Shown here piece after piece: positions 1 through 10,865 of a DNA stretch of 32,000 nucleotides (positions are counted from its first letter, which is position 1; every line of letters starts with the position of its first letter). Source of the stretch: Pasteurella multocida. GTDB taxonomy: Bacteria > Pseudomonadota > Gammaproteobacteria > Enterobacterales > Pasteurellaceae. Where the stretch lies: the NCBI RefSeq assembly GCF_900187275.1, contig NZ_LT906458.1, positions 2,040,001-2,072,000 of the forward strand. Reading direction: 5' to 3'. Below the pieces are notes generated by a model, which was given only the letters and a program-made list of their open reading frames with translations, did no database searches and had not been told where the DNA came from. The translations under genes and the position numbers were made by a program.

Positions 1-213
1 AACTAATCGACCGTCAGCCACATAACTCGATACCTCACTTTGTGGACGGCTATCGCGTACAGTGACAAACACGACCGCACTTTGATTGACTGCCATCGAC
101 GCAACCGGTGCGGGTGGGGTGAAGGTTAAAGTAGAAGGCTGTGTTTGGCAACCTGCGAATAACAGACTTCCTGCGAGAATCGTAAGAAGAGAAAGAGTGT
201 GGTGTCGTTTCAT
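1..213 (-). CDS. yajG: YajG-family lipoprotein, N-terminal part (runs off left edge)
   Basis: Open reverse-strand frame from ATG at 213 to the window edge: MKRHHTLSLLTILAGSLLFAGCQTQPSTLTFTPPAPVASMAVNQSAVVFVTVRDSRPQSEVSSYVADGRLV; lipobox LFAGC; located next to bolA as in enteric genomes. Confidence 0.75.
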   Translation of the reverse strand, partial: MKRHHTLSLLTILAGSLLFAGCQTQPSTLTFTPPAPVASMAVNQSAVVFVTVRDSRPQSEVSSYVADGRLV

Positions 214-349
214 AATGTCCTCATAAAATAAACGGTAGCTGCCCTTTGGGGACAGCAAAGGAGAAAAGTGGATAGATATTATTCTTGCAAAGTTAATGAG
301 GAATGTATAGCCTTTATACCCTAAATTTATTGAAATGGTGAGGAACAAG

Positions 350-661
350 ATGTCAAAACAACAAGAATTGATTACACGCTTAACGGAAGCATTTGAGCCA
401 CATTTTTTGGTCGTAGAAAATGAAAGCCACATGCATAGTTCAGGACGCGGCGCAAATTCTCATTTTAAGATTGTGTTAGTCAGTGAACATTTCGATGGGT
501 TAAGCAAAGTTGCTCGCCACCGTCAACTTTATCAATTTTTGGCAGATGACTTAGCACAAGGTATCCATGCTTTAGCATTACATCTTTATACCAAAGAGGA
601 ATGGAACCACCGAGAAGAAAGCATGCCGAAATCGACGAATTGTGTCGGGATTGGACACTAA
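350..661 (+). CDS. bolA: BolA family protein
   Basis: ORF 335..661; the internal Met at 350 (MSKQQELITRLTEAFEPHFLVVENESHMHSSGRGANSHFKIVLVS...) fits BolA length and motif. Confidence 0.9.
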   Translation: MSKQQELITRLTEAFEPHFLVVENESHMHSSGRGANSHFKIVLVSEHFDGLSKVARHRQLYQFLADDLAQGIHALALHLYTKEEWNHREESMPKSTNCVGIGH

Positions 662-677
662 TTTCAAGCAATCAAAA

Positions 678-714
678 ACCGCACTTTCAGTATAGATGAA
701 AAGTGCGGTGTTTT
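678..714. terminator. Bidirectional terminator built from an inverted uptake-sequence pair (bolA / rbsB-like 3' ends)
   Basis: ACCGCACTT 678-686 and AAGTGCGGT 701-709 flanked by A-run and T-run, between convergent genes. Confidence 0.75.
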
Positions 715-730
715 TGGTAGAACAAGTTAT

Positions 731-1675
731 TTAATATTCTTGTGCTTTCTGTTTATCAACGACTACCGGATCAACGTAATAAAAATCAGGCAGTTCCTGT
801 TTGTTTAATTTTTTCAAAATACTTTCGATAGCCACGGCAACTTGTTTTTTCGGGAGCTGGTCGATGGTATTTTGCATTTTACCTTTTTTCACGTATTCAA
901 TCGCAAGGGGAATACCGTCGTAACCTGAAACAAGGACTTTTCCTGCTAATCCGGCATTTTCAATCGCGGTGACTGCACCCAGTGCCATATTATCGTTCGC
1001 CGCAAAAATCCCTTTGATATTCGGATGTGCGGTTAAAATATTGGTTGTGACATTAAGTGCTTGTTCTGTTTCCCAGTTTGCAGACTGAGAAGCGACAACT
1101 TTGATATTTGGTGATTCAGAAAATGCTTTGAGCGCACCTGCTTTACGTTGTTCGCCATTATCCACACCAGGAATCCCTTCTAAAATAGCAACATCCCCCA
1201 TTTCGTTTAAGGCTTGTGCTAGATTTTTAGCCGCCAAATAACCACCATGGAAGTTATCGACACCAACGTAATTAAATTTTAACCCAGCTTTCTTCGTTGC
1301 TTTTTCATCTAAACGAACATCGAGATCGATAATCGGAATCCCGGCTTTTTCAGCTTTTTGAAATGCCGGAATAAAGGCGATAGAATCATTTGGGGTAACA
1401 ATGATGCCATCCACTTTTTTGGCAATCATGTTTTCGACTAGACCCACAAGCTGTTCTGTTGAATCTTCCTTTTCTGCAACTTGTACAATTAAATCAATAT
1501 TTACCTCTTTTGCTTTTTCTTCCGCTCCTTGTCGCATTGTAATGAAATATTCATTACTTAATGTTTTCATGAGTAAGGCAATTTGAGGTTTTTCTGCAGC
1601 TAGCGTAGTACCGGATAGGGCGATGAGTAAGGCGCTTGCCGTGATCGTTTTCTTCAAAAATGTTGACATCATCAT
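731..1675 (-). CDS. Ribose/allose-type sugar ABC transporter periplasmic binding protein
   Basis: 314 aa; signal peptide KKTITASALLIALSGTTLAAE; RbsB-like IALLMKTLSNEYFITMRQGAEEKA...; GAGAGG ribosome-binding site upstream; start could be 1675, 1672 or 1669. Confidence 0.88.
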   Translation of the reverse strand: MMMSTFLKKTITASALLIALSGTTLAAEKPQIALLMKTLSNEYFITMRQGAEEKAKEVNIDLIVQVAEKEDSTEQLVGLVENMIAKKVDGIIVTPNDSIAFIPAFQKAEKAGIPIIDLDVRLDEKATKKAGLKFNYVGVDNFHGGYLAAKNLAQALNEMGDVAILEGIPGVDNGEQRKAGALKAFSESPNIKVVASQSANWETEQALNVTTNILTAHPNIKGIFAANDNMALGAVTAIENAGLAGKVLVSGYDGIPLAIEYVKKGKMQNTIDQLPKKQVAVAIESILKKLNKQELPDFYYVDPVVVDKQKAQEY

Positions 1676-1732
1676 CTCTCTCCTCTCAGCGTTAAATAAG
1701 GAAACTTTAGTATAGACAGATTAAAATGATCA

Positions 1733-1754
1733 AACTGTGATGTCATTCACATTT
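1733..1754. promoter_or_regulatory. CRP-type binding site in the divergent sugar-transporter promoter region
   Basis: AACTGTGATGTCATTCACATTT: TGTGA-N6-TCACA with perfect half-sites (1736-1740 / 1747-1751). Confidence 0.8.
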
Positions 1755-1801
1755 TTTAGACAGGGTTTAAATTATGCTATGGGTGGGAATACCTGTAAAG
1801 A

Positions 1802-3313
1802 ATGTGGATTGACGTTATGACGCAGAGAGATTGTATTTTAAAGTTAAAAAATATCGGCAAAAGCTTTTTTGATGTACTGGTATTGAAAAACGTGGATCTT
1901 GATATTTATGCGGGTGAGGTTCACTGTTTAGTGGGTGAAAATGGCGCAGGAAAATCTACATTATGTAAAATAATTGCAGGTATTTATCCATTTGAGCAGG
2001 GTGAAATGTTTTATGAAGGAAAGTCTTATTTTCCTAAAACAGTGAAAGAAGCGCAGTCTTTAGGCATCGGATTTATTCATCAAGAATTGATGTTAGTGCC
2101 GCAGTTATCCGTCTTGGAAAACATTTTTCTAGGGAATGAAAAAACGGTATTTTGTGGAAAAATGGATTGGCAAACGATGCGTCATAAAACGCAGCAAATC
2201 ATTAGTGAATTGGAGTTAGACATTGATCCTGATGCGAAAGTAGCGGATCTCTCCATCGCACAGCAACAAATGGTTGAGATTGCAAAAGCCGTATTTAGTG
2301 AATATAAAGTGATTATTTTTGATGAGCCAACCTCTTCAATTTCGCGTAAAAATACACAAACCCTGTTTAAAATTATTCATCAATTAAAAGAAAAAAATGT
2401 TGCAATGATTTATATCTCTCACCGTCTAGATGAATTTCAATACATTGCGGATCAAGTGACGGTTTTAAGAGATGGGATTCGAACCGGTACCATGGCATAT
2501 CGCGACACTTCTCCTGATGAAATCGTCAAATTAATGGTAGGGCGGGAAATTAATTTTGCTGAATATCATCGTCATTATTTACCAACACGAGAAGTTTTGC
2601 GCGTCGAGAGTTTAACGAATAAACATATTAAAAGCAGTTCTTTTTCTTTATATGAAGGTGAAATACTTGGTTTTGCGGGATTAGTGGGCGCTGGACGTAC
2701 AGAGTTATTACGAGCTATTTTTGGTGCAGATGAGGCTAGCGGAGCGATTTATCTCAATGCGCAACGGGTGGAAATTCGTTCGCCAGAAGATGCTGTGAAA
2801 CAGAAAATAGGTTTTATTACCGAAGACCGGAAGCAACAAGGCTTAATTTTAGGACTCAGTATTCGAGAAAATATTACGTTACCGATTTTAAAGCGCTTTT
2901 GGAATGGCTTATTTTTAAATAAAAAGCAAGAGCGCTTAGTGGCAGAAGAAAATCGGCAAAAACTCCGGATTGTTTCACATAGCCAAGACCAAATCAGCCA
3001 AACCCTTTCAGGAGGCAATCAACAAAAAGTGATTATTGCTCGTTGGCTCGAAAGTGGTGTTAACATTCTGTTTTTTGATGAGCCAACACGGGGTATCGAC
3101 GTGGGGGCGAAATCCGAAATTTATGATCTTATGCGACAGTTTACCGATAACGGTGGGGCGATTGTAATGGTTTCTTCGGATCTGCCTGAACTGATTACGA
3201 TGTCAGATCGTGTTATCGTGATGCGACAAGGTGAGATTGTGCGCGAAGTAAAAGATAAAGCAGAAATGACAGAAGAGAATTTAATGCGTTTAATGATTGG
3301 TGTAGATGAATAG
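1802..3313 (+). CDS. Sugar ABC transporter ATP-binding protein (RbsA/MglA type, two NBDs)
   Basis: 503 aa; Walker A GENGAGKST, LSGGNQQKV signature in second NBD; start 1802 or 1817. Confidence 0.92.
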   Translation: MWIDVMTQRDCILKLKNIGKSFFDVLVLKNVDLDIYAGEVHCLVGENGAGKSTLCKIIAGIYPFEQGEMFYEGKSYFPKTVKEAQSLGIGFIHQELMLVPQLSVLENIFLGNEKTVFCGKMDWQTMRHKTQQIISELELDIDPDAKVADLSIAQQQMVEIAKAVFSEYKVIIFDEPTSSISRKNTQTLFKIIHQLKEKNVAMIYISHRLDEFQYIADQVTVLRDGIRTGTMAYRDTSPDEIVKLMVGREINFAEYHRHYLPTREVLRVESLTNKHIKSSSFSLYEGEILGFAGLVGAGRTELLRAIFGADEASGAIYLNAQRVEIRSPEDAVKQKIGFITEDRKQQGLILGLSIRENITLPILKRFWNGLFLNKKQERLVAEENRQKLRIVSHSQDQISQTLSGGNQQKVIIARWLESGVNILFFDEPTRGIDVGAKSEIYDLMRQFTDNGGAIVMVSSDLPELITMSDRVIVMRQGEIVREVKDKAEMTEENLMRLMIGVDE

Positions 3314-4349
3314 GTATTGTATGACAAATTTAAGAAAAATTTTCTCAAAATTAGGCATCGGTATCATTTTACTGTTAATGATTATTGGTATGTCGTTAAG
3401 TTCCGATGTGTTTTTGTCCACGAATAATATTATCAATATCTTATTACAGGTTTCGATTATTTGTGTCATTTCTGTTGGTATGACGTATGTCATTTTAACC
3501 GGTGGCATTGATCTGTCAGTTGGCTCTATTGTCGCACTCAGTGCCGTTTGTTTAGGGGTTTTTACACATTGGGGAATGGATTGGTTAGGTGAAAATCCTT
3601 CAAGCTTTTCTGTCTTAATGATGGTCATTAGCGCGATTATCGCAACAATTTTTGTTGGTATCCTTTGTGGTTATGTTAATGGATTAGTGATTGTGTATGG
3701 TAAAGTGACGCCTTTTATCACAACATTGGGCATGATGGGTATTGCGAGAGGACTTGCGTTAACCATATCAGATGGCAAAACTATCTATAATTTTCCAGAT
3801 ACATTGCGTTTTTTAGGAAATGGGCGTATTGCACTGACGGAAACATTTGCGCTCCCGGTACCCGTTATTATTGCGTTACTTGTCGTGTTAGTGAGTTTTT
3901 ACGTGCTAACACAAACGATGTTTGGTCGACAGATTTATGCGTTAGGCGGAAACCGTGAAGCAGTTCGATTGTCCGGTATTAATATTGAGAAACTTGAAAT
4001 TAAAGCTTATGTGATTAATGGCGCATTAGCGGCAATTGGTGCCATCATTTTAGTTGGACGTTTAAATGCGGCACAGCCTATCGCTGGAAACGGTTATGAA
4101 TTAGATGCTATCGCTGCAACCGTGATAGGCGGGACAAGTTTGATGGGCGGCGTGGGATCTGTGGTCAGTACTTCTATTGGGGCGCTTATTATGGGGGTGT
4201 TACAAAATGGGCTGACGTTATTGAACGTCACCTCGTATTTGCAACGCTTGATTATTGGTTTAGTGATTATTTTAGCGGTATTTTTAGATCAATTACGTCG
4301 TGGCGAAGTATCAACACGCCGTTTGAAACGGTTATTTTTTAGAGAATAA
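3306..4349 (+). CDS. Sugar ABC transporter permease (RbsC type)
   Basis: 347 aa hydrophobic; LTGGIDLSVGSIVALSAV and GRLNAAQPIAGNGYELDAIAATVIGGTSLMGG motifs typical of RbsC-family permeases. Confidence 0.92.
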   Translation: MNRYCMTNLRKIFSKLGIGIILLLMIIGMSLSSDVFLSTNNIINILLQVSIICVISVGMTYVILTGGIDLSVGSIVALSAVCLGVFTHWGMDWLGENPSSFSVLMMVISAIIATIFVGILCGYVNGLVIVYGKVTPFITTLGMMGIARGLALTISDGKTIYNFPDTLRFLGNGRIALTETFALPVPVIIALLVVLVSFYVLTQTMFGRQIYALGGNREAVRLSGINIEKLEIKAYVINGALAAIGAIILVGRLNAAQPIAGNGYELDAIAATVIGGTSLMGGVGSVVSTSIGALIMGVLQNGLTLLNVTSYLQRLIIGLVIILAVFLDQLRRGEVSTRRLKRLFFRE

Positions 4350-4375
4350 TGTTTTGTTCAGCAAAGACAAATTTG

Positions 4376-4415
4376 TCAGCCTAGCTAATGATATGTCAGT
4401 GAGCTAGGCTTTTTT
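4376..4415 (+). terminator. Probable intrinsic terminator after the rbsC-like gene
   Basis: Imperfect stem CAGCTAGCT ... GAGCTAGGCT followed by TTTTT; one bulge. Confidence 0.5.
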
Positions 4416-4894
4416 ATTTTGCCAAATTTTACTTTTCATCGGTAACGAAAGCGTGCGTATTCCATGAAAAATGTGTGTTGAGATAACAAAATGTATCTGA
4501 ACGCTTCTTTTTTCTTATCTAACCCTTTATAAGTAAATTACTTGTACTCATTAAGAGTAAAACTTGACCTTCTTCAAAAAAAAAGATTTTTTTTACTAAA
4601 AATTCAGAAAAATAGGGTGCGAAAGTGGCACCAAGGTTATTATTTAGTTAAAATAAGGCGTTTTATTTTATCAAAATTTTAACGTTTGTATTTTGAACAA
4701 TTTTCTTTGGCTAAACCGTTCAAAATAGGGACGACAAACAGAATTTGAGTTTTAATTTATGTGAAATGAGGTGAGTGATTGTAGTTGCTTTGAAAGCGTT
4801 TGCATGATCTTGCTGAAATCATTACTCAAGACGAGGTTATAGTGCTAGTCACTGTAACTATATTTTTAATCTGACTAAAAGTAGTGCAAACAAT

Positions 4895-6235
4895 ATGATT
4901 ACGATTAAAAAAGGCTTGAATCTTCCTATTTCGGGAAGCCCAGAGCAGGTAATCCGTGATGGCAATGCTATCACTGAAGTTGCTTTGCTTGGTGAAGAGT
5001 ATGTGGGAATGCGCCCTTCAATGAAGGTGCGTGAAGGTGATGTTGTGAAAAAAGGCCAAGTGCTTTTTGAAGATAAAAAGAACCCTGGTGTGGTTTTCAC
5101 AGCCCCTGCAAGTGGTACTGTAACTGCGATTCATCGTGGTGCTAAGCGAGTTTTACAATCTGTAGTAATTAAAATTGAAGGTAATGAACAAATTACTTTT
5201 GAAAAATATACAACAGAACAATTAAACCAACTTACTTCAGAGCAAGTTCGTCAAAATTTACAAACTTCTGGATTATGGACCGCACTTCGTACGCGTCCGT
5301 TCAGTAAAGTGCCTGCCGTCGATGCCACACCCGTATCGATTTTCGTGAATGCGATGGATACCAATCCATTATGTGCCGATCCACAAGTGATCGTGCAACA
5401 ATCTGCGCAAGCTTTTGAAGCGGGTCTGACTGTATTAAGTCGTTTACATGAGGGGAAAGTGTACCTGTGTAAAGCGGCGAATGCGAGCATTCCAAGCCCA
5501 AGCATTGCCAATCTTGACGTGAAAGAATTTGCGGGTCCACATCCAGCTGGGTTAAGTGGTACGCATATTCACTTTATTGATCCTGTGAGTGCAACCAAAT
5601 TTGTTTGGTATATCAATTACCAAGATGTGATAGCAGTGGGTAAATTATTTACCACAGGTGAATTAGATGTTTCACGCGTAGTGTCCTTAGCTGGTCCACA
5701 AGTGAAAAATCCAAGATTAGTACGTACCGTATTAGGTGCAAACCTTTCCCAATTAACAGCGAATGAAGTGAAAGACGGTGAAAATCGCGTGATTTCAGGT
5801 TCAGTATTAAGTGGTGCAAAAGCTGCAGGTCCTGTTGATTATTTAGGTCGTTACGCATTGCAAGTTTCGGTACTTGAAGAAGGTCGTGAGAAAGAATTTT
5901 TAGGTTGGATCATGCCGGGTGCGAATAAATACTCACTTTCACGCACGGTGTTAGGGCATTTCTCTAAAAAATTATTTAATTTTACCACCGCACTTAATGG
6001 CGGTGAGCGTGCGATGGTACCTATCGGTGCTTATGAGCGTGTGATGCCATTGGATATTATTCCAACATTATTACTGCGTGATTTGGCAGCAGGCGATACC
6101 GATTCTGCACAGGCGTTAGGGTGTTTAGAGCTAGATGAAGAAGATTTAGCCCTTTGTACCTTTGTTTGCCCTGGTAAAAATGAATATGGTCCGCTCTTAC
6201 GTCAAGCCTTAGATAAGATCGAGAAGGAAGGTTAA
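4895..6235 (+). CDS. nqrA: Na+-translocating NADH:quinone reductase subunit A
   Basis: 446 aa; [18 protein letters not shown]..., first gene of a complete nqrABCDEF cluster. Confidence 0.97.
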
Positions 6236-6237
6236 AA

Positions 6238-7470
6238 ATGGGTTTAAAACATTTTATTGAAAAAATTGAACCTGCGTTTTTACCGGGTGGTAAATATGAG
6301 AAATGGTATGCATTATTTGAAGCAACCGCCACCTTCTTATATACCCCAGGTACAGTCACGCACAAAGCTTCTCACGTACGTGATGCGTTAGACTCGAAAC
6401 GCATGATGGTGTTAGTGTGGTTATCTTTATTCCCTGCGATGTTCTACGGTATGTATAACGTGGGTGCGCAAGCGATTTTGGCGACAGACGCGTTAGGCAC
6501 TCTGCAACAAGCCATTTCAGGTCATTGGCAATATGCGTTAAGTCATGCGTTAGGTGCAGATTTGACCCTGTCAGCGGGTTGGGCAAGTAAGATGTTGTTA
6601 GGGGCAACTTACTTCTTACCGATTTACTTGACTATTTTCTTAGTGGGTGGTTTCTGGGAAGTGCTTTTTGCGATGGTACGCAAGCATGAGATTAACGAAG
6701 GTTTCTTTGTGACCTCTATCCTGTTAGCACTTATCGTTCCACCAACTTTGCCATTATGGCAAGCTGCGTTAGCAACGACATTTGGTGTGGTTGTGGCAAA
6801 AGAAATTTTTGGTGGTGTCGGTAAAAACTTCATGAACCCCGCATTAGCTGCGCGTGCCTTTTTATTCTTTGCTTATCCAGCACAAATTTCAGGTGATACG
6901 GTATGGGTTGCCGCAGATGGTTTTTCTGGCGCAACCGCGCTTTCACAATGGGCTGTGGGTGGTGAAGCTGGCTTGAAACATGTGGTAACAGGTCAACCAA
7001 TCACCTGGATGGATGCCTTCATTGGTAACATTCCGGGATCTATCGGTGAAGTATCGACTCTAGCATTGATTATTGGTGCGGCGATTATTGTGTTTGCACG
7101 TATTGCCTCTTGGCGCATCATTGCGGGTGTGATGATCGGCATGATTGCCACTTCTGCCTTATTTAATCTTATTGGTTCAAGCACAAATCCATTATTTGCA
7201 ATGCCTTGGTATTGGCACTTTGTGTTAGGTGGTTTCGCATTAGGGATGTTCTTTATGGCAACAGACCCCGTTTCTGCGGCATTCACCAACAAAGGAAAAT
7301 GGTGGTACGGTATCTTAATTGGTGCGATGGCGGTATTAATCCGTGTGGTTAACCCAGCGTATCCAGAAGGTATGATGCTGGCTATTTTATTTGCTAACTT
7401 GTTTGCGCCAGTATTCGATTATTTAGTGGTCCAAGCAAATATCAAACGTCGGAGAGCTCGCAATGTTTAA
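6238..7470 (+). CDS. nqrB: Na+-NQR subunit B
   Basis: 410 aa membrane protein; FSGATALSQ flavinylation motif. Confidence 0.97.
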
Positions 7471-8245
7471 GAATAAAGATAGCGTTGGCGGAACACTTCT
7501 CGTCATTATCCTTTTAAGCTTAGCTTGTTCTATTATTGTGGCAGGTTCAGCCGTCTTGCTGAAACCAACACAAATCGAACAAAAAGAACTGGATAAGCAG
7601 AAAAATATTTTAAGTGTTGCCGGTTTATTACAGCCAACAACCAAAAATAGCGAAATCAAAACGATTTATGCAAACAATATTGAAGCCCGTTTAGTGGATT
7701 TAAACACGGGGGATTTTGCTCCTGCACAACCGGGTTTTGATGCAGCAAAAGCAGTGAAAAATCCAGCAGAAAGTACCGCACTTTCCGCAGAAGATGATGT
7801 GGCGGGTATCCGTGTACGTGCTAACTTCGCGGAAGTGTATCTGGTCAAAAATGATGCGGGTCAAGTGACACAAGTGGTTTTACCGTTCTACGGTAAAGGC
7901 TTATGGTCAATGATGTATGGCTTTATGTCCGTTCAGCCAGATGGCAACACAGTTAATGGCATCACTTACTATGATCAAGGTGAAACACCAGGATTGGGTG
8001 GTGAAATCGAAAACCCGAAATGGCAAGCACAGTTCCCAGGTAAAAAACTATACACCGCAGATAACCAAGTCGGTTTATATGTGGGTAAAGGTGCCTCAGC
8101 AAATGCTGAACATGGGATTGATGCAATTTCAGGGTCAACATTAACCAGTAATGGTGTCAACAATTCATTTAAATTCTGGTTAGGTCAAAAAGGTTTTGGT
8201 CCTTTCTTAGCAAAACTGAAAGCAGGAGTGTTGAACAATGGCTGA
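7463..8245 (+). CDS. nqrC: Na+-NQR subunit C
   Basis: 260 aa; [16 protein letters not shown]-attachment motif; 8-nt overlap with nqrB. Confidence 0.97.
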
Positions 8246-8864
8246 TACTAAAAAGTTAAAAGGCTTGTTGCTATCGCCAGTGATGGACAACAACCCGATT
8301 GCGTTACAAATTTTAGGGATTTGTTCTGCGTTAGCGGTAACAACTAAATTAGAAACGGCAATTGTAATGACGTTTGCGGTAATTTTCGTTACGGCATTCT
8401 CAAACTTATTTATTTCTTTGATCCGTAACTATATTCCAAACAGTGTACGTATTATCGTGCAAATGGCGATTATCGCCTCGTTGGTTATCTTAGTTGACCA
8501 AATCTTACGTGCTTATGCCTATGGTTTATCAAAACAACTTTCGGTTTTCGTGGGCTTGATTATTACTAACTGTATCGTTATGGGACGAGCAGAAGCCTTT
8601 GCGATGAAATCACAACCACTAGAAAGTTTCGTTGATGGGATTGGTAACGGCTTAGGTTATGGCGCAATTTTAGTGTCAGTTGCCTTTATCCGTGAATTAA
8701 TTGGTTCAGGCAAATTATTTGGTATGACGGTATTCCAAACTATCCAAGATGGTGGTTGGTATCAAACCAATGGTTTATTCCTACTTGCACCAAGTGCGTT
8801 CTTTATTATTGGTTTTATTATTTGGGGTATTCGTACCTTAAAACCAAATCAGGTGGAGAAGTAG
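8238..8864 (+). CDS. nqrD: Na+-NQR subunit D
   Basis: 208 aa; [17 protein letters not shown] and [14 protein letters not shown] motifs; 8-nt overlap with nqrC. Confidence 0.97.
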   Translation: MADTKKLKGLLLSPVMDNNPIALQILGICSALAVTTKLETAIVMTFAVIFVTAFSNLFISLIRNYIPNSVRIIVQMAIIASLVILVDQILRAYAYGLSKQLSVFVGLIITNCIVMGRAEAFAMKSQPLESFVDGIGNGLGYGAILVSVAFIRELIGSGKLFGMTVFQTIQDGGWYQTNGLFLLAPSAFFIIGFIIWGIRTLKPNQVEK

Positions 8865-8867
8865 TTT

Positions 8868-9464
8868 ATGGAACATTATATTAGCCTTTTCGTTAAATCC
8901 GTTTTTATCGAAAACATGGCACTTTCTTTCTTCTTAGGGATGTGTACTTTCCTTGCTGTATCGAAAAAAGTGTCTACTGCATTTGGTTTGGGGATTGCGG
9001 TTATCGTTGTATTAGGTATTGCGGTACCTGTAAACCAATTAGTGTATAGCTTTATCTTAAAAGACAGTGCATTAGTTCAAGGTATTGATCTCAGTTTCTT
9101 AAACTTCATTACCTTTATCGGTGTGATTGCCGCATTAGTTCAAATTCTTGAGATGGTATTGGATAAGTATTTCCCTGCACTTTATAACGCGTTGGGGATC
9201 TTCTTACCATTAATTACCGTAAACTGTGCGATTTTTGGTGGGGTATCCTTCATGGTTCAACGTGATTATACCTTTGTTGAATCCGTTGTATACGGTATTG
9301 GCGCAGGGACGGGTTGGATGTTAGCCATTGTTGCGCTTGCAGGCATCACGGAAAAAATGAAATATGCTGATGTACCAGCAGGGTTACGTGGTTTAGGCAT
9401 TACCTTTATCACTGTAGGTCTGATGGCACTTGGTTTTATGTCATTTTCAGGTATTCAGTTGTAA
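8868..9464 (+). CDS. nqrE: Na+-NQR subunit E
   Basis: 198 aa; [14 protein letters not shown] and [10 protein letters not shown] motifs. Confidence 0.97.
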   Translation: MEHYISLFVKSVFIENMALSFFLGMCTFLAVSKKVSTAFGLGIAVIVVLGIAVPVNQLVYSFILKDSALVQGIDLSFLNFITFIGVIAALVQILEMVLDKYFPALYNALGIFLPLITVNCAIFGGVSFMVQRDYTFVESVVYGIGAGTGWMLAIVALAGITEKMKYADVPAGLRGLGITFITVGLMALGFMSFSGIQL

Positions 9465-9479
9465 GAAAGGGGATACAGA

Positions 9480-10703
9480 ATGGAAATTACTCTTGGTATT
9501 GCAATGTTCACCGTTATCGTTTTGGCTTTAGCAGTCATTATCTTGTTTGCTAAATCAAAATTGGTTAATTCGGGTGACATTACAATTGAAATTAATGACG
9601 ATCCAAGCAAAGCAATTCATTTGCCTGCGGGGGGCAAATTATTAGGTGCGCTGGCGAGTCAAGGCATCTTCGTTTCTTCCGCTTGTGGCGGTGGTGGTTC
9701 TTGTGGGCAATGTATCGTTAAAGTCACCGAAGGGGGTGGCGATATTCTACCGACTGAACTTTCACACATTTCAAAACGTGAAGCAAAAGAAGGTTATCGC
9801 CTTTCTTGCCAAGTGAATGTGAAAAACAGCATGAAGGTCGAATTGCCAGAAGAAGTCTTTGGGGTGAAAAAATGGGAATGTACCGTTATTTCTAATGATA
9901 ACAAAGCGACTTTCATCAAAGAACTGAAATTAGCGATTCCTGAAGGGGAAGAAGTACCATTCCGTGCAGGTGGCTATATTCAGATTGAAGCAGAACCGCA
10001 CACTGTCGCTTATAAAGACTTTGATATCCCAGAAGAATATCATGAAGATTGGGATAAATATAACTTATGGCGTTATGTGTCTAAAGTGGATGAGCATATT
10101 ATTCGTGCATACTCCATGGCTTCTTATCCGGAAGAAAAAGGCATCATCATGTTGAACGTGCGTATTGCAACGCCACCACCAAATAACCCAGACGCGCCTC
10201 CTGGTCAAATGTCCTCGTACATTTGGTCACTCAAAGCAGGTGATAAAGTGACTATTTCTGGTCCATTCGGTGAATTCTTTGCGAAAGAAACCGATGCCGA
10301 GATGGTGTTCGTCGGCGGTGGTGCGGGTATGGCGCCAATGCGTTCACACATTTTTGACCAATTAAAACGTTTGAAATCTAAACGTAAAATGTCATTCTGG
10401 TATGGTGCACGTTCTAAACGCGAAATGTTCTATGTGGAAGATTTTGACACCTTACAAGCCGAAAATGATAACTTCGTATGGCATGTGGCACTTTCTGATC
10501 CACAACCGGGTGATAATTGGGACGGCTACACTGGCTTTATTCATAATGTGCTTTATGAAAACTATCTGAAAGATCATGAAGCGCCAGAGGATTGTGAATA
10601 CTATATGTGTGGACCGCCAATCATGAATGCTTCCGTGATTAAGATGTTAAAAGATCTTGGTGTGGAAGATGAAAACATCTTATTAGATGACTTTGGTGGT
10701 TAA
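9480..10703 (+). CDS. nqrF: Na+-NQR subunit F (2Fe-2S/FAD, NADH-binding)
   Basis: 407 aa; [10 protein letters not shown] ferredoxin motif; [12 protein letters not shown] motif. Confidence 0.97.
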   Translation: MEITLGIAMFTVIVLALAVIILFAKSKLVNSGDITIEINDDPSKAIHLPAGGKLLGALASQGIFVSSACGGGGSCGQCIVKVTEGGGDILPTELSHISKREAKEGYRLSCQVNVKNSMKVELPEEVFGVKKWECTVISNDNKATFIKELKLAIPEGEEVPFRAGGYIQIEAEPHTVAYKDFDIPEEYHEDWDKYNLWRYVSKVDEHIIRAYSMASYPEEKGIIMLNVRIATPPPNNPDAPPGQMSSYIWSLKAGDKVTISGPFGEFFAKETDAEMVFVGGGAGMAPMRSHIFDQLKRLKSKRKMSFWYGARSKREMFYVEDFDTLQAENDNFVWHVALSDPQPGDNWDGYTGFIHNVLYENYLKDHEAPEDCEYYMCGPPIMNASVIKMLKDLGVEDENILLDDFGG

Positions 10704-10727
10704 GCCAGCTTGCTCTTAGCATGATTA

Positions 10728-10772
10728 AAGTGCGGTCGGATTTTACGAATTTTGTAAAGGTTGACCGCACTT
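10728..10772. repeat. Inverted uptake-sequence pair between nqrF and apbE
   Basis: AAGTGCGGTC 10728-10737 / GACCGCACTT 10763-10772; no U-run follows, so terminator role is uncertain. Confidence 0.6.
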
Positions 10773-10865
10773 CCATTTCAGAAAATTTGAAAATTTGGTT
10801 TTTATATTGCAATCCATATTGGAAAATCCAAACTTGCAAACTTTTTAAAATAGAAAGGATTTACA

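Noticed and set aside
480-671. Shadow ORF on minus strand opposite bolA
   Set aside because: Antisense to a well-recognised gene, with no domain-like features.
4792-4805. LacI-family or cre-like operator (TGAAAGCGTTGCA) upstream of nqrA
   Set aside because: One base short of the consensus palindrome and asymmetric; too weak to claim.
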